From assembly GCA_963728075.1 (NCBI GenBank), contig CAVSIP010000003.1, positions 404,250 through 468,249 of the forward strand: DNA of 64,000 bases, written 5' to 3'. Below the pieces are notes generated by a model. It was given only the letters and a program-made list of their open reading frames with translations. It had not been told where the DNA came from and ran no database searches. Numbering within the stretch: the first letter of the stretch is position 1; every line of letters begins with the position of its first letter. The stretch is from an uncultured Actinomycetota bacterium (GTDB lineage: Bacteria; Actinomycetota; Actinomycetes; JAFAQI01; DASSKL01). Both the position numbers and the translations under genes were made by a program. Below are positions 1-10,211 of the stretch, piece after piece.

Positions 1-1
1 C

Positions 2-490
2 GGTGACCTCGTCCCGGACGAGGTCACCATCGCCATGGTGCGCGACCGCCTGTCCGAGGACGACGCCCGCAAGGGGTTCCTGCTCGACGGCTTCCCCCGC
101 AATGTGCCGCAGGCGCGCGTGCTCGACGAGATGCTGCTCGAGATGGGCACCGGCATCGACGTCGTGCTCGAGCTGGTCGTCGACGACGAGGAGGTCGTCC
201 GGCGGCTGTCCGGCCGGCGAACCTGCCGGTCGTGCGCGCACGTCTGGCATGTCGACTTCGACCCGCCGGCCGTCGCGGGGGTCTGTGACCACTGCGGCGG
301 CGAGCTGTTCCAGCGCGACGACGACCTCGAGGAGACCATCCGGCACCGGCTCGAGGTGTACGCCGAGCAGACCGCGCCGCTGGTGCAGTTCTACGCCGAG
401 CGGGGCAAGCTCGTGGGCATCGACGCCACCGGGCCGGTCGACGACGTGACCGACCGCGCGCTCGCCGCGCTGCGCCCGTACTCCCGCTGA
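2..490 (+). CDS. adk: adenylate kinase, C-terminal part (5' end lies outside the window)
   Basis: Frame is open from the window edge ([17 protein letters not shown]...). Has the LLDGFPRN motif and a Cys-rich lid segment [15 protein letters not shown]. Classical adk-map adjacency. Confidence 0.9.
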   Translation, partial: GDLVPDEVTIAMVRDRLSEDDARKGFLLDGFPRNVPQARVLDEMLLEMGTGIDVVLELVVDDEEVVRRLSGRRTCRSCAHVWHVDFDPPAVAGVCDHCGGELFQRDDDLEETIRHRLEVYAEQTAPLVQFYAERGKLVGIDATGPVDDVTDRALAALRPYSR

Positions 491-500
491 CGGTGCACCG

Positions 501-1346
501 GTGTTCCGGAGAAGGCAGCTGATGATCCAGATCAAGAACGAGTCCGAGATCGCCCGCATGCGCGAGGCGGGCCTCGTGGTGGGCCGCACGCTCGCGAAGC
601 TGCGCGAGGCGGTCGCCCCCGGCGTGAGCACCGCCGACCTCGATGCGATCGCGGAGGAGTCGATCCGCGGTGAGGGGGCGACGCCGTCGTTCAAGGGCTA
701 CCGTGGGTTCCCGGCGAGCATCTGCGCGTCGATCAACGACGAGATCGTCCACGGCATCCCGAGCCGCAAGCGGGTGCTGCGCGACGGTGACGTCATCTCC
801 ATCGACTGCGGCGCGATCGTCGAGGGCTACCACGGCGATGCGGCGGTGACCGTACCCGTCGGTGCGGTCGCGCCCGAGCTGACCGAGCTGCTGCGGGTCT
901 GCGAGGAGTCGCTGTGGCACGGCATGGCCGCCGCGCGGCTCGGTGGCCGGCTCACCGACATCTCCCACGCCATCGAGACCTACATCCGCTCCCAGCCGCA
1001 CCCGTCCGGCGGGCACTGGGGCATCGTCGAGGAGTACGTCGGCCACGGCATCGGCACCGAGATGCACCAGGACCCGCAGGTCTACAACTTCGCCCCGAAG
1101 GGCCCCGGCCGCGGGCCCAAGATCGTCAAGGGGCTGGCCCTGGCCGTGGAGCCGATGGTCAACCTCGGCGCGCGCCACACCCGGCTGCTCGACGACGAGT
1201 GGACGGTCGTCACCCAGGACGGCTCCCCGAGCGCCCACTTCGAGCACAGCTTCACCGTCACGGACGAGGGGCCGTGGGTGCTGACCGCGCTCGACGGCGG
1301 CCGGGAGCGGATCGCGGCGATCACGCGCTCCGCAGCCGCCGGCTGA
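501..1346 (+). CDS. map: type I methionine aminopeptidase
   Basis: 281-aa ORF with MetAP metal-ligand context (VISIDCGA, GHGIGTEMHQDP, AHFEHSF). Alternative ATG start at 522. Confidence 0.9.
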   Translation: MFRRRQLMIQIKNESEIARMREAGLVVGRTLAKLREAVAPGVSTADLDAIAEESIRGEGATPSFKGYRGFPASICASINDEIVHGIPSRKRVLRDGDVISIDCGAIVEGYHGDAAVTVPVGAVAPELTELLRVCEESLWHGMAAARLGGRLTDISHAIETYIRSQPHPSGGHWGIVEEYVGHGIGTEMHQDPQVYNFAPKGPGRGPKIVKGLALAVEPMVNLGARHTRLLDDEWTVVTQDGSPSAHFEHSFTVTDEGPWVLTALDGGRERIAAITRSAAAG

Positions 1347-1360
1347 GGCCCGTCCCGGGT

Positions 1361-1390
1361 TTGTCGCACGCCGCTGCCATGCCGTAGACT
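1361..1390 (+). promoter_or_regulatory. candidate sigma-70-type promoter for rpmJ-rpsM-rpsK-rpsD-rpoA-rplQ
   Basis: TTGTCG (1361-1366), 18-nt spacer, TAGACT (1385-1390) inside the 127-nt map-rpmJ spacer. Sequence pattern only. Confidence 0.35.
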
Positions 1391-1472
1391 CTGTCGTTGG
1401 TCTGGGCACTGCCGTGCCCGCAGGTACCTGACACGAAGGGGCGTCTCCCGGGCGCCTGTCCGAGGAGCACCA

Positions 1473-1586
1473 ATGAAGGTCAAGCCGAGCGTCAAGCCGA
1501 TCTGCGACAAGTGCAAGGTCATTCGGCGCCACGGTCGCGTCATGGTGATCTGCGACAACCTGCGGCACAAGCAGCGCCAGGGCTGA
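1473..1586 (+). CDS. rpmJ: 50S ribosomal protein L36 (bL36)
   Basis: Hand translation gives [37 protein letters not shown]. Too short for the ORF track. Lies directly upstream of rpsM. Confidence 0.92.
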   Translation: MKVKPSVKPICDKCKVIRRHGRVMVICDNLRHKQRQG

Positions 1587-1710
1587 GCCGAACAGTCGCG
1601 CACCACCTGCCGTACGGCGGACCACCCTCGGTCGGAGGCCGGGGCTCCGGGCGGGCACCCGGGGACGGTGGCGCGAGAGACCTCCGCGAGCACGAAGGAG
1701 TACCGCCCAC

Positions 1711-2091
1711 ATGGCACGCCTCGTCGGCGTCGACCTCCCGCGCGACAAGCGCCTGGAAGTCGCGCTCACCTACATCTTCGGGATCGGACGCACCCGTGCG
1801 CTCGAGACCCTCGCCAACACCGGCGTGAGCGCGGACCTGCGCGTCCGCGACCTGTCGGACGAGGACATCATCAAGCTCCGCGACTGGATCGAGGCGAACT
1901 ACCGGGTCGAGGGCGACCTGCGCCGCGAGGTCACCGCGGACATCCGGCGCAAGATCGAGATCGGCTGCTACCAGGGCATCCGCCACCGCCGTGGCCTGCC
2001 GGTCCGCGGCCAGCGCACCCACACCAACGCGCGCACCCGCAAGGGCCCGCGCAAGACCGTGGCCGGCAAGAAGAAGGCCGGCAAGAAGTAG
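1711..2091 (+). CDS. rpsM: 30S ribosomal protein S13 (uS13)
   Basis: 126-aa [29 protein letters not shown]..., Lys/Arg-rich tail. SD GAAGGAG upstream. Confidence 0.95.
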   Translation: MARLVGVDLPRDKRLEVALTYIFGIGRTRALETLANTGVSADLRVRDLSDEDIIKLRDWIEANYRVEGDLRREVTADIRRKIEIGCYQGIRHRRGLPVRGQRTHTNARTRKGPRKTVAGKKKAGKK

Positions 2092-2136
2092 TAGTCCTCC
2101 CGGACCGACGACCTCCCACGAAGCAGCAGGAGAGAG

Positions 2137-2541
2137 ATGCCCCCCAAGACTCGCGCGGCCGGCGCCAAGAAGGTGCGCCGCAAGGAGCGGAAGAACGTCG
2201 CCCACGGGCACGCCCACATCAAGAGCACGTTCAACAACACGATCGTCTCGATCACCGACCCCATGGGGAACGTGATCTCGTGGGCCAGTGCCGGCCACGT
2301 CGGCTTCAAGGGCTCCCGCAAGTCCACGCCGTTCGCCGCGCAGATGGCCGCCGAGGCCGCCGCGCGCAAGGCGCAGGAGCACGGCATGCGCAAGGTGGAC
2401 GTCTTCGTCAAGGGGCCGGGCTCCGGCCGCGAGACGGCGATCCGCTCGCTGCAGGCCACTGGCCTGGAGGTCGGTCAGATCTCCGACGTCACCCCGGTGC
2501 CGCACAACGGCTGCCGTCCGCCCAAGCGCCGTCGAGTCTGA
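2137..2541 (+). CDS. rpsK: 30S ribosomal protein S11 (uS11)
   Basis: 134-aa ORF with [44 protein letters not shown] upstream. Confidence 0.95.
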   Translation: MPPKTRAAGAKKVRRKERKNVAHGHAHIKSTFNNTIVSITDPMGNVISWASAGHVGFKGSRKSTPFAAQMAAEAAARKAQEHGMRKVDVFVKGPGSGRETAIRSLQATGLEVGQISDVTPVPHNGCRPPKRRRV

Positions 2542-2559
2542 GAAGCAGGAGAACGAAGT

Positions 2560-3186
2560 ATGGCCCGCTACACCGGCGCGGACTGCAAGCGCTGCCGACG
2601 CGAGAAGATGAAGCTGTTCCTCAAGGGCAGCAAGTGCGAGTCGCCGAAGTGCCCGATCGAGATCCGGCCCTACCCGCCGGGTGAGCACGGTCGCGGCCGC
2701 ACCAAGGACTCCGAGTACCTGCTGCAGAAGCGCGAGAAGCAGAAGTGTGCGCGCATCTACGGGGTGCTCGAGAAGCAGTTCCGCCGCTACTACGAGGAGG
2801 CCAACCGGGCCTCCGGCAAGACCGGTGAGAACCTGCTCCAGCTGCTCGAGCGCCGCCTCGACAACGTCGTGTACCGCGCCGGCTTCGCGCACAGCCGCGA
2901 CCAGGCCCGGCAGCTGGTCAAGCACGGCCACTTCCAGGTGAACGGCCACAAGGTCGACATCCCGAGCTACCTCGTGGCCGAGAACGACATCATCGAGGTG
3001 CGGCCGGGCAGCGTCGAGCTCACCCCGTTCGTCATCGCGCGCGCCGAGGCCGGCGAGCGGCCGGTGCCGGCGTGGCTCGAGGTCATCGCCAACCGCATGC
3101 GCATCCTCGTTCACGGGCTCCCGAGCCGGCAGGTCATCGACACGCCGGTCCAGGAGCAGCTCATCGTCGAGCTGTACTCGAAGTAG
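2560..3186 (+). CDS. rpsD: 30S ribosomal protein S4 (uS4)
   Basis: 208-aa [26 protein letters not shown]..., S4 RNA-binding domain ([15 protein letters not shown]). Confidence 0.95.
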   Translation: MARYTGADCKRCRREKMKLFLKGSKCESPKCPIEIRPYPPGEHGRGRTKDSEYLLQKREKQKCARIYGVLEKQFRRYYEEANRASGKTGENLLQLLERRLDNVVYRAGFAHSRDQARQLVKHGHFQVNGHKVDIPSYLVAENDIIEVRPGSVELTPFVIARAEAGERPVPAWLEVIANRMRILVHGLPSRQVIDTPVQEQLIVELYSK

Positions 3187-3242
3187 CAGTACAGCCACCC
3201 CGGACGGGCGTCATATAGCGGTCGCCCAAGGAGGAAACACAC

Positions 3243-4271
3243 GTGCTCATCGCACAGCGCCCCACCCTCAGCGAAGAGGCGATCAGCGAGTCCCGGTCGC
3301 GGTTCGTCATCGAGCCGCTCGAGCCGGGTTTCGGCTACACGCTCGGCAACTCGCTGCGCCGCACCCTGCTCTCCTCGATCCCGGGTGCCTCGGTCACGAG
3401 CATCCGCGTCGAGGGCGTCCTGCACGAGTTCACGACCGTCCCGGGCGTGAAGGAGGACGTCACCGAGCTCATCCTCAACATCAAGGAGCTCGTCGTCTCC
3501 AGCGAGCACGACGAGCCCGTGGTGATGTACCTGCGCAAGCAGGGCCCCGGTGAGGTCACCGCGGCGGACATCGCCCCGCCGGCCGGCGTCGAGGTACACA
3601 ACCCCGACCTGCACCTGGCCACCCTCAACGGCAAGGGCAAGCTCGAGATCGAGTTCACCGTCGAGCGCGGCCGTGGCTACGTGACCGCCGCGCAGAACAA
3701 GCAGCCCGGCCAGGAGATCGGCCGGATCCCCGTCGACTCGATCTACTCGCCGGTGCTCAAGGTGACCTACAAGGTCGAGGCGACCCGGGTCGAGCAGCGG
3801 ACCGACTTCGACCGGCTGGTCGTCGACGTCGAGACCAAGCCCTCGATCACGCCGCGCACCGCGATGGCGAGCGCCGGCAAGACCCTCGTCGAGCTGTTCG
3901 GGCTGGCCCGCGAGCTCGACGAGATGGCGGAGGGCATCGACATCGGCCCCTCGCCGACGGACGCCGCTCTCGCGGCGGACCTCGCGCTGCCGGTGGAGGA
4001 GCTCGACCTCACCGTCCGCTCGTACAACTGCCTCAAGCGCGAGGGCATCCACACCGTCGGTGAGCTGGTGGGCCGCAGCGAGGCCGACCTGCTGGACATC
4101 CGCAACTTCGGTGCGAAGTCCATCGACGAGGTCAAGGCCAAGCTGGCCGGTATGGGCCTGGCCCTCAAGGACAGCCCGCCCGGGTTCGACCCGAGCACGG
4201 TCGTCGGCAGCTACGGCGCCGAGGACTACGCCGACGAGGCGACCGGTTACGAAGAGACCGAGCAGTACTGA
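3243..4271 (+). CDS. rpoA: DNA-directed RNA polymerase alpha subunit
   Basis: 342-aa ORF with GTG start after SD AAGGAGG. NTD ([15 protein letters not shown]) and CTD ([23 protein letters not shown]). Confidence 0.95.
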   Translation: MLIAQRPTLSEEAISESRSRFVIEPLEPGFGYTLGNSLRRTLLSSIPGASVTSIRVEGVLHEFTTVPGVKEDVTELILNIKELVVSSEHDEPVVMYLRKQGPGEVTAADIAPPAGVEVHNPDLHLATLNGKGKLEIEFTVERGRGYVTAAQNKQPGQEIGRIPVDSIYSPVLKVTYKVEATRVEQRTDFDRLVVDVETKPSITPRTAMASAGKTLVELFGLARELDEMAEGIDIGPSPTDAALAADLALPVEELDLTVRSYNCLKREGIHTVGELVGRSEADLLDIRNFGAKSIDEVKAKLAGMGLALKDSPPGFDPSTVVGSYGAEDYADEATGYEETEQY

Positions 4272-4294
4272 ACCCCTCCTAGGAGACGGCTCCC

Positions 4295-5023
4295 ATGCCC
4301 ACGCCCACGAAGGGCCCGCGCCTCGGCGGCGGCCCCGCGCACGAGCGGCTCATGCTGGCGAACCTCGCCACGGCGCTGTTCGAGCACGGCCGCATCACGA
4401 CCACCGTGGCCAAGGCCAAGCGGCTGCGCCCCGTCGCGGAGCGGCTGATCACGTTCGCCAAGCGCGGTGACCTGCACGCCCGCCGCCAGGTCGCGCGCAC
4501 CATCCGCGACAACGGCGTCGTGCACACGCTGTTCGCGGAGATCGGCCCGCGCTACGCCGAGCGGCCGGGTGGCTACACCCGGATCACCAAGGTCGGCCCG
4601 CGCAAGGGCGACAACGCCGACATGGCGGTGATCGAGCTGGTCGAGGGCCAGACGGTCGCCCAGCAGGCCGTCGGTGAGGCCGAGGCCGCGCGGGGCAGCC
4701 GCTTCCGCGGTCGCCGTCGCCCGACCGGTGCCACCCGCGAGGCGGCGGCCGACTTGGCCGCCGAGTCGGCGACGGCGGCCGCCGTCGCCGCGGAGGCCGA
4801 GGTCGAGGCGCCGGAGACCGGCGAGCCGGTGCCGGCCGAGGGCGACATCACCGCGGCCGCGACGGCGGAGGAGACGGCCGAGGAGCAGGTCGCCGTGCCG
4901 GCCGAGGGCGGCGACACCGAGGTCGTCACCGAGAACGCCGAGGCCGGCCAAGGCGAGGAGGCCACGTCCGAGCAGACCGCGACCGCCGACGAGGAGTCGC
5001 CGGCCGAGGGTGAGAAGCCCTGA
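4295..5023 (+). CDS. rplQ: 50S ribosomal protein L17 (bL17) with long acidic Ala/Glu-rich C-terminal tail
   Basis: [37 protein letters not shown]... core, followed by roughly 110 aa of low-complexity A/E/T tail. Confidence 0.92.
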   Translation: MPTPTKGPRLGGGPAHERLMLANLATALFEHGRITTTVAKAKRLRPVAERLITFAKRGDLHARRQVARTIRDNGVVHTLFAEIGPRYAERPGGYTRITKVGPRKGDNADMAVIELVEGQTVAQQAVGEAEAARGSRFRGRRRPTGATREAAADLAAESATAAAVAAEAEVEAPETGEPVPAEGDITAAATAEETAEEQVAVPAEGGDTEVVTENAEAGQGEEATSEQTATADEESPAEGEKP

Positions 5024-5030
5024 GCGAGCG

Positions 5031-5876
5031 ATGAGCCGTGCCGACGGGCCCGCCGTCCCCTCCGGGGGTGGCGGGCCTGTTCGCGTCCGGCTCGACCTCG
5101 CCTACGACGGCGGCGGGTTCGCCGGCTGGGCCCGCCAGCCGGGGCTGCGCACCGTCCAGGGCGTGGTCGAGCAGGCGCTGGCCACGGTGCTGCGCCAGCC
5201 GCCGCCGGTGCTCACCGTCGCGGGACGCACCGATGCCGGGGTGCACGCCCGTGGGCAGGTCTGCCACGCCGACCTGCCGGCCGTCCCGCCACCGTCCCTG
5301 GTCGCCCGGCTCGACGGTGTGCTGCCGGACGATGTCCGGGTCCGCTCGGTGACGCTCGCACCGCCGGGTTTCGACGCCCGGTTCTCGGCGCTGTCCCGGG
5401 CGTACCGCTACCGGGTCGCCGACGGGTTCCGCGATCCGCTGCGCCGCCACGACACGGTGACCCATCGCCGCCCGCTGGACCCGTCACGGATGGCCGAGGC
5501 CGCCGTCGGGCTGGTCGGTGAGCACGACTTCGCGGCGTACTGCCGCCGGCGCGAGGGGGCCAGCACCGTACGGACGCTGCAGCGGCTCGACGTCGCCCGC
5601 GACGCCGACGGCGTGGTGCTGCTCGACGTGGCGGCGGACGCCTTCTGCCACAACATGGTGCGTGCGCTCGTGGGCGCGCTGCTCGCGGTGGGCGACGGCC
5701 GCCGGCCGCCGGACTGGCCCGCGCAGGTGCTCACCGCCGGCGTGCGCGACCCCGCTGTCACGGTGGCCCCCGCGTACGGGCTCACGCTGGTCAGCGTGCG
5801 CTACCCCGAGGCAGGCGAGGTCGGCGAGCGTGCCCGAGTCACCCGCGCCCGCCGCGGTCCGGCGAAACCGGGGTGA
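5031..5876 (+). CDS. truA: tRNA pseudouridine(38-40) synthase
   Basis: ATG at 5031 ([43 protein letters not shown]). The longer 400-aa track ORF overlaps rplQ and was trimmed. Confidence 0.88.
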   Translation: MSRADGPAVPSGGGGPVRVRLDLAYDGGGFAGWARQPGLRTVQGVVEQALATVLRQPPPVLTVAGRTDAGVHARGQVCHADLPAVPPPSLVARLDGVLPDDVRVRSVTLAPPGFDARFSALSRAYRYRVADGFRDPLRRHDTVTHRRPLDPSRMAEAAVGLVGEHDFAAYCRRREGASTVRTLQRLDVARDADGVVLLDVAADAFCHNMVRALVGALLAVGDGRRPPDWPAQVLTAGVRDPAVTVAPAYGLTLVSVRYPEAGEVGERARVTRARRGPAKPG

Positions 5877-5909
5877 CGGTCGGCAGTCGCCGGGGCAGAC
5901 TGGCTGGTC

Positions 5910-7619
5910 GTGGGCCACGTCGACGTCGCGCATGTGACGCACGCGCTGCCGGACGGCCGGGTGCTGCTGGACGACGTGTCCTTCCGGGTCGGCGACGGCG
6001 CCAAGGTGGCGCTCGTCGGAGCCAACGGCTCCGGCAAGACCACGCTGCTACGCATCGTCGCCGGTGACCTGCAGCCCGCGGACGGGACCGTGACCCGCAG
6101 CGGCGGGGTCGGCGTGATGCGTCAGTTCGTGGGCTCCGTCCGCGACGGCTCCACCGTCCGCGACCTGCTGGTGTCGGTGGCGCCGCCGCGGGTCGTGGCC
6201 GCGGCGGAGGCGCTCGACGCGGCGGAGCTGGCGATGATGGAGGCCGACGACGAACCGACGCAGCTGCGCTACGCCCAGGCACTGGCCGACTGGGCCGACG
6301 CCGGCGGCTACGACGCGGAGGTGGTCTGGGACGTCTGCACGACCGCCGCCCTGGGCCTGCCGTACGACCGTGCGCAGTGGCGCGAGGTCCGTACCCTCTC
6401 CGGCGGCGAGCAGAAGCGGCTCGCGCTGGAGGCGCTGCTGCGCGGGCCCGACGAGGTGCTGCTGCTCGACGAGCCCGACAACTACCTCGACGTGCCGGCC
6501 AAGCGGTGGCTCGAGGACGCCCTGCGGGACTCGCCCAAGACCGTGCTGTACGTCTCCCACGACCGGGAGCTGCTCGCCCGTACCGCGACCCGCGTCGTCA
6601 CCGTCGAGATCGGTGCCGCCGGCAACACCGTCTGGACGCACGGCGGCGGCTTCGCCGGCTACCACGATGCGCGCCGCGACCGGTTCGCGCGGCTGGAGGA
6701 GCTGCGCCGGCGGTGGGACGACAAGCACGAGCAGCTGCGCGAGCTGGTCCGCACGCTGCGGCAGAAGGCCGCGAACAACGACGGGATGGCCAGCCGGTAC
6801 CAGGCCGCGGTGACCCGGCTGGCGAAGTTCGAGCAGGCCGGCCCTCCGCAGGCGGTGCCCCGCGAGCAGGACGTCCGCATGCGGCTGGCGGGCGGGCGCA
6901 CGGGCAAGCGGGCGGTCGTGTGCGAGGACCTCGAGCTGACCGGTCTGATGCGGCCGTTCGACCTGGAGGTCTGGTACGGCGAGCGGGTGGCCGTGCTCGG
7001 CGGCAACGGCTCGGGCAAGTCGCACTTCCTGCGGCTGCTGGCCGCGGGCGGGAGCGACCCGGACCCCGAGCACCGCCCGGTGGACGACCTGGTCGTCCCC
7101 CCGGTGGCGCACACCGGGGCCGCGCGGCTGGGGGCGCGGGTGCGGCCGGGCTGGTTCGCCCAGACCCACGACCACCCCGAGCTGTACGGGCGCACGCTGC
7201 TCGACATCCTCTGGCGGGGCGACGGTCACCGGCGTGGGCTGGCCCGTGAGGAGGCCGCCCGGGCTCTGGACCGCTACGAGCTGGCCGTGGCCGCGGAGCA
7301 GGCATTCGAGTCCCTGTCGGGAGGGCAGCAGGCGCGGCTGCAGATCCTGCTGCTCGAGCTGTCCGGGGCCACGTTGCTGCTGCTCGACGAGCCGACCGAC
7401 AACCTCGACCTGGTCAGCGCCCAGTCGCTCGAGGACGCGCTGGCGTCCTTCGACGGCACGGTGCTGGCCGTGACCCACGACCGGTGGTTCGCCCGGTCCT
7501 TCGACCGGTTCGTCGTCTTCGGCGCCGACGGCGAGGTCTACGAGGCGCCCGAGCCGGTCTGGGACGAGCGCCGCCCCGTCCGCCAGCCCGGCGCCAGGTC
7601 ACCTTCGTGCGGCCCATGA
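5910..7619 (+). CDS. ABC-F family ATPase (two ABC cassettes, no membrane domain)
   Basis: 569 aa. Walker A GANGSGKT and GGNGSGKS, two signature motifs (LSGGEQ, LSGGQQ), two Walker B (LLLDEP), charged inter-domain linker. The last codons and the stop lie inside repeat copy A. Confidence 0.85.
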   Translation: MGHVDVAHVTHALPDGRVLLDDVSFRVGDGAKVALVGANGSGKTTLLRIVAGDLQPADGTVTRSGGVGVMRQFVGSVRDGSTVRDLLVSVAPPRVVAAAEALDAAELAMMEADDEPTQLRYAQALADWADAGGYDAEVVWDVCTTAALGLPYDRAQWREVRTLSGGEQKRLALEALLRGPDEVLLLDEPDNYLDVPAKRWLEDALRDSPKTVLYVSHDRELLARTATRVVTVEIGAAGNTVWTHGGGFAGYHDARRDRFARLEELRRRWDDKHEQLRELVRTLRQKAANNDGMASRYQAAVTRLAKFEQAGPPQAVPREQDVRMRLAGGRTGKRAVVCEDLELTGLMRPFDLEVWYGERVAVLGGNGSGKSHFLRLLAAGGSDPDPEHRPVDDLVVPPVAHTGAARLGARVRPGWFAQTHDHPELYGRTLLDILWRGDGHRRGLAREEAARALDRYELAVAAEQAFESLSGGQQARLQILLLELSGATLLLLDEPTDNLDLVSAQSLEDALASFDGTVLAVTHDRWFARSFDRFVVFGADGEVYEAPEPVWDERRPVRQPGARSPSCGP

Positions 7620-7692
7620 CCCTCTTCGTGCGGCCAGGTGTGGTCTGGCGATCTTGGTTGACCCCAGCAGGCCGCACGAAGGTGTGGGGTGG
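7597..7692 (+). repeat. copy A of a conserved palindromic intergenic element (core; similarity may extend to about 7582..7715)
   Basis: Perfect 15-bp inverted repeat, caccttcgtgcggcc (7600-7614) and ggccgcacgaaggtg (7670-7684). An internal second copy of cttcgtgcggcc sits at 7624-7635. Alignable to 61291..61386. Confidence 0.7.
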
Positions 7693-7718
7693 TGGCTGGT
7701 AGGTGGCGTGGGGCGGCT

Positions 7719-7748
7719 TTGACCGGCCGGACGGGTGACGGTTATCCT
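7719..7748 (+). promoter_or_regulatory. candidate promoter for rplM-rpsI
   Basis: TTGACC (7719-7724), 18-nt spacer, TATCCT (7743-7748), about 75 nt upstream of the rplM GTG. Pattern only. Confidence 0.35.
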
Positions 7749-7823
7749 GTTCGGGTTGTGCGTGCGCCGCTGCGTGCGCGCAGTACGACTCACCGACCCT
7801 ATCGATCACGACGAGGCCTCACC

Positions 7824-8267
7824 GTGCGCACGTACAGCCCGAAGTCCGCGGACGTCCAGCGGCAGTGGCACGTCATCGACGCCACTGACGTGGTGCTCGG
7901 CCGGCTGGCCAGCCAGACCGCCCGTCTGCTGCGCGGCAAGCACAAGCCGTACTTCGCGCCGCACGTCGACACCGGCGACTTCGTCATCGTCGTCAACGCC
8001 GCCAAGGTGGCGCTCACTGGCAACAAGCGGCAGCAGAAGATCGCCTACCGCCACTCCGGTTACCCGGGCGGCCTCAAGCGCACTCCGTACGAGGAGCTGC
8101 TCACGCGCCGGCCGGAGAAGGCGATCGAGAAGGCCGTGAAGGGCATGCTGCCGGCCGGCACGCTCGGCCGCCAGATGCTCTCCAAGCTCAAGGTGTACGC
8201 CGGCCCCGAGCACCCGCACCAGGCTCAGCAGCCGACGCCGTACACCCTCAACCAGGTCGCCCAGTAA
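7824..8267 (+). CDS. rplM: 50S ribosomal protein L13 (uL13)
   Basis: GTG 7824 gives [30 protein letters not shown]... The track ORF's N-terminal extension from 7689 was rejected. Confidence 0.93.
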   Translation: MRTYSPKSADVQRQWHVIDATDVVLGRLASQTARLLRGKHKPYFAPHVDTGDFVIVVNAAKVALTGNKRQQKIAYRHSGYPGGLKRTPYEELLTRRPEKAIEKAVKGMLPAGTLGRQMLSKLKVYAGPEHPHQAQQPTPYTLNQVAQ

Positions 8268-8281
8268 GGACTCGCGAGAAC

Positions 8282-8824
8282 GTGACCGACTCCCCGCTCA
8301 CCGGTACCGAGACTGCTCCGGAGACCGTCCAGGACGCTGCCGACCTCGGCGCGCCGGCGACCACCGTCCCCGAGCCGGTCGACCTGTCCAGCCTGCCCGA
8401 GGGCAACCCCGACGCGCCGCGGCCGCGAGCCGTGGCGTCCGGCCCCGGTGCGGCCACGGGCCGGCGCAAGGAAGCCGTCGCCCGGGTGCGCATCGTGCCC
8501 GGCACCGGCCAGTGGACGATCAACGGGCGTTCGCTCGACGAGTACTTCCCGAACAAGGTCCACCAGCAGATCGTCACCGAGCCGTTCCGCACCCTGGAGA
8601 TGGACGGCGCCTTCGACGTCATCGCCCGCATCGACGGGGGCGGTGTCTCCGGTCAGGCCGGCGCGCTGCGGCTCGGCCTCGCGCGCGCCCTCACCGTGGT
8701 GGACATCGAGAACCGGCCGACGATGAAGAAGGCCGGCTTCCTCACCCGCGACCCCCGGGTGAAGGAGCGCAAGAAGTACGGCCTGAAGAAGGCCCGCAAG
8801 GCCCCGCAGTACAGCAAGCGCTGA
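8282..8824 (+). CDS. rpsI: 30S ribosomal protein S9 (uS9) with N-terminal extension
   Basis: 180 aa. C-terminal core [38 protein letters not shown], preceded by a roughly 50-aa Pro/Ala/Thr-rich extension. Confidence 0.93.
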   Translation: MTDSPLTGTETAPETVQDAADLGAPATTVPEPVDLSSLPEGNPDAPRPRAVASGPGAATGRRKEAVARVRIVPGTGQWTINGRSLDEYFPNKVHQQIVTEPFRTLEMDGAFDVIARIDGGGVSGQAGALRLGLARALTVVDIENRPTMKKAGFLTRDPRVKERKKYGLKKARKAPQYSKR

Positions 8825-8861
8825 TGCGCCGTCCGGCTGGCGCGCTGCTGCACCGGGTCTG

Positions 8862-10190
8862 ATGGGGCGGCTGTTCGGCACCGACGGGGTTCGCGGCGTC
8901 GCCAACGACGACCTGACTGCGGAGCTGGCTCTCGACCTCGCGGTCGCGGCCGCTCACGTGCTGGTCGAGCGGTCGGGCGACTCGCGGCCCGTCGCGGTCG
9001 TCGGCCGTGACCCACGCGCCTCCGGCGAGTTCCTCGAGGCGGCGGTGGTCGCAGGCCTCGCGAGCGCCGGCGTCGACGTGCTGCGGGTCGGCGTGGTTCC
9101 CACCCCCGCGGTCGCGTACCTCACCACTGCGCTCGGCGCGCGCGTCGGCGTCATGCTCTCCGCGAGCCACAACCCGATGCCCGACAACGGGATCAAGTTC
9201 TTCGACGCGAACGGCTTCAAGCTGCCGGACTCCGTCGAGGACGAGATCGAGCGCCGGCTGCGCGAGCCCTGGCCGCACCCGACCGGCGCGGAGGTGGGCC
9301 GCGTGCACGACGACCCCGCCGCCGTCGACCGCTACCTCCGGCACCTCGTCGACAGCGTCCCCCACGACCTCGAGGGGCTCAAGGTGGTCGTGGACTGCGC
9401 CCACGGTGCGGCGTACGCAGCCGCGCCGGCGGCTCTGCGCGCTGCGGGCGCGGAGGTCGTCGCGATCGGCGACCGGCCGGACGGGCTGAACATCAACGAC
9501 GGAGTCGGCTCCAACCATCCCGAGCACGTCGCCGCGGTGGTCCTCGAGACCGGCGCGGACGTCGGCATCGCCCACGACGGTGACGCGGACCGCTGTGTCG
9601 CCGTGGCCGCGGACGGCACGGTCGTCGACGGGGACGCGATCCTCGCGGTCCTCGCGCTGTCCCTGCACCGCGAAGGCCGGCTGAGGAACGACACGGTGGT
9701 CACGACCGTGATGACGAACCTGGGCTTCAAGCGGGCGATGGGTACGCACGGCCTGCAGGTCGTGGAGACCCCGGTGGGCGACCGGTACGTGCTCGAGGAG
9801 CTGCGCCGCGGCGGTTACACGCTGGGCGGTGAGCAGTCCGGGCACGTGGTGTTCCTCGACCACGCCACGACCGGGGACGGCGTGCTCACCGCCCTGCAGC
9901 TGCTGTCGCGGGTCGCCGCGTCCCGCCGTCCGCTGAGCGAGCTCGCCGCGGTCATGGAGCGGATGCCGCAGGTGCTGGTCAACGTCCGGGTGCCGGACAA
10001 GGCCGCGGCGATGGAGTCTGCCGAGCTGGCGGACGCGGTGCGCGCGGCCGAGACCGAGCTCGGTGACACCGGGCGGGTGCTCGTCCGGCCCAGCGGCACC
10101 GAGCCGGTCGTCCGGGTGATGGTCGAGGCGGCGACGGAGGAGGCGGCGCGCACCACCGCCGACCGGGTCGCCGCCGCGATCTCCGGCTGA
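8862..10190 (+). CDS. glmM: phosphoglucosamine mutase
   Basis: 442 aa. [15 protein letters not shown]..., active-site [15 protein letters not shown]. Confidence 0.93.
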   Translation: MGRLFGTDGVRGVANDDLTAELALDLAVAAAHVLVERSGDSRPVAVVGRDPRASGEFLEAAVVAGLASAGVDVLRVGVVPTPAVAYLTTALGARVGVMLSASHNPMPDNGIKFFDANGFKLPDSVEDEIERRLREPWPHPTGAEVGRVHDDPAAVDRYLRHLVDSVPHDLEGLKVVVDCAHGAAYAAAPAALRAAGAEVVAIGDRPDGLNINDGVGSNHPEHVAAVVLETGADVGIAHDGDADRCVAVAADGTVVDGDAILAVLALSLHREGRLRNDTVVTTVMTNLGFKRAMGTHGLQVVETPVGDRYVLEELRRGGYTLGGEQSGHVVFLDHATTGDGVLTALQLLSRVAASRRPLSELAAVMERMPQVLVNVRVPDKAAAMESAELADAVRAAETELGDTGRVLVRPSGTEPVVRVMVEAATEEAARTTADRVAAAISG

Positions 10191-10211
10191 GGAGGCCGTA
10201 CCCTCGTTCCC

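Noticed and set aside
1397-1440. Possible third, degenerate copy of the repeat element in the rpmJ leader
   Set aside because: It shares tggtctgg and cacgaagg at the same 26-nt spacing as copy A, plus a cccNcag..tac..cacgaagg resemblance to copy B. It lacks the left arm and the long inverted repeat. In addition, (c)acgaag(g) recurs as purine-rich SD-like sequence upstream of rpsM and rpsK, so the match may be functional convergence or chance. It is worth including in a genome-wide search but not claimed here.
4674-5030. N-terminal 119 codons of the 400-aa track ORF as part of truA
   Set aside because: This stretch overlaps the rplQ tail in another frame and translates to Arg/Pro-rich filler. 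The truA homology starts at [18 protein letters not shown] (ATG 5031).
7682-7702. Mini-ORF GTG-TGG-GGT-GGT-GGC-TGG-TAG (MWGGGW*) at the 3' edge of repeat copy A as a Trp-sensing leader peptide
   Set aside because: The SD-like gaagg abuts the GTG with no spacing. The peptide is not conserved in copy B, where the equivalent frame gives an unrelated MGDSAA*. The downstream genes have no link to tryptophan.
10191-10211. glmS ribozyme upstream of glmS
   Set aside because: Only 21 nt separate glmM and glmS, so there is no room for the ribozyme. The genes appear to be co-transcribed.
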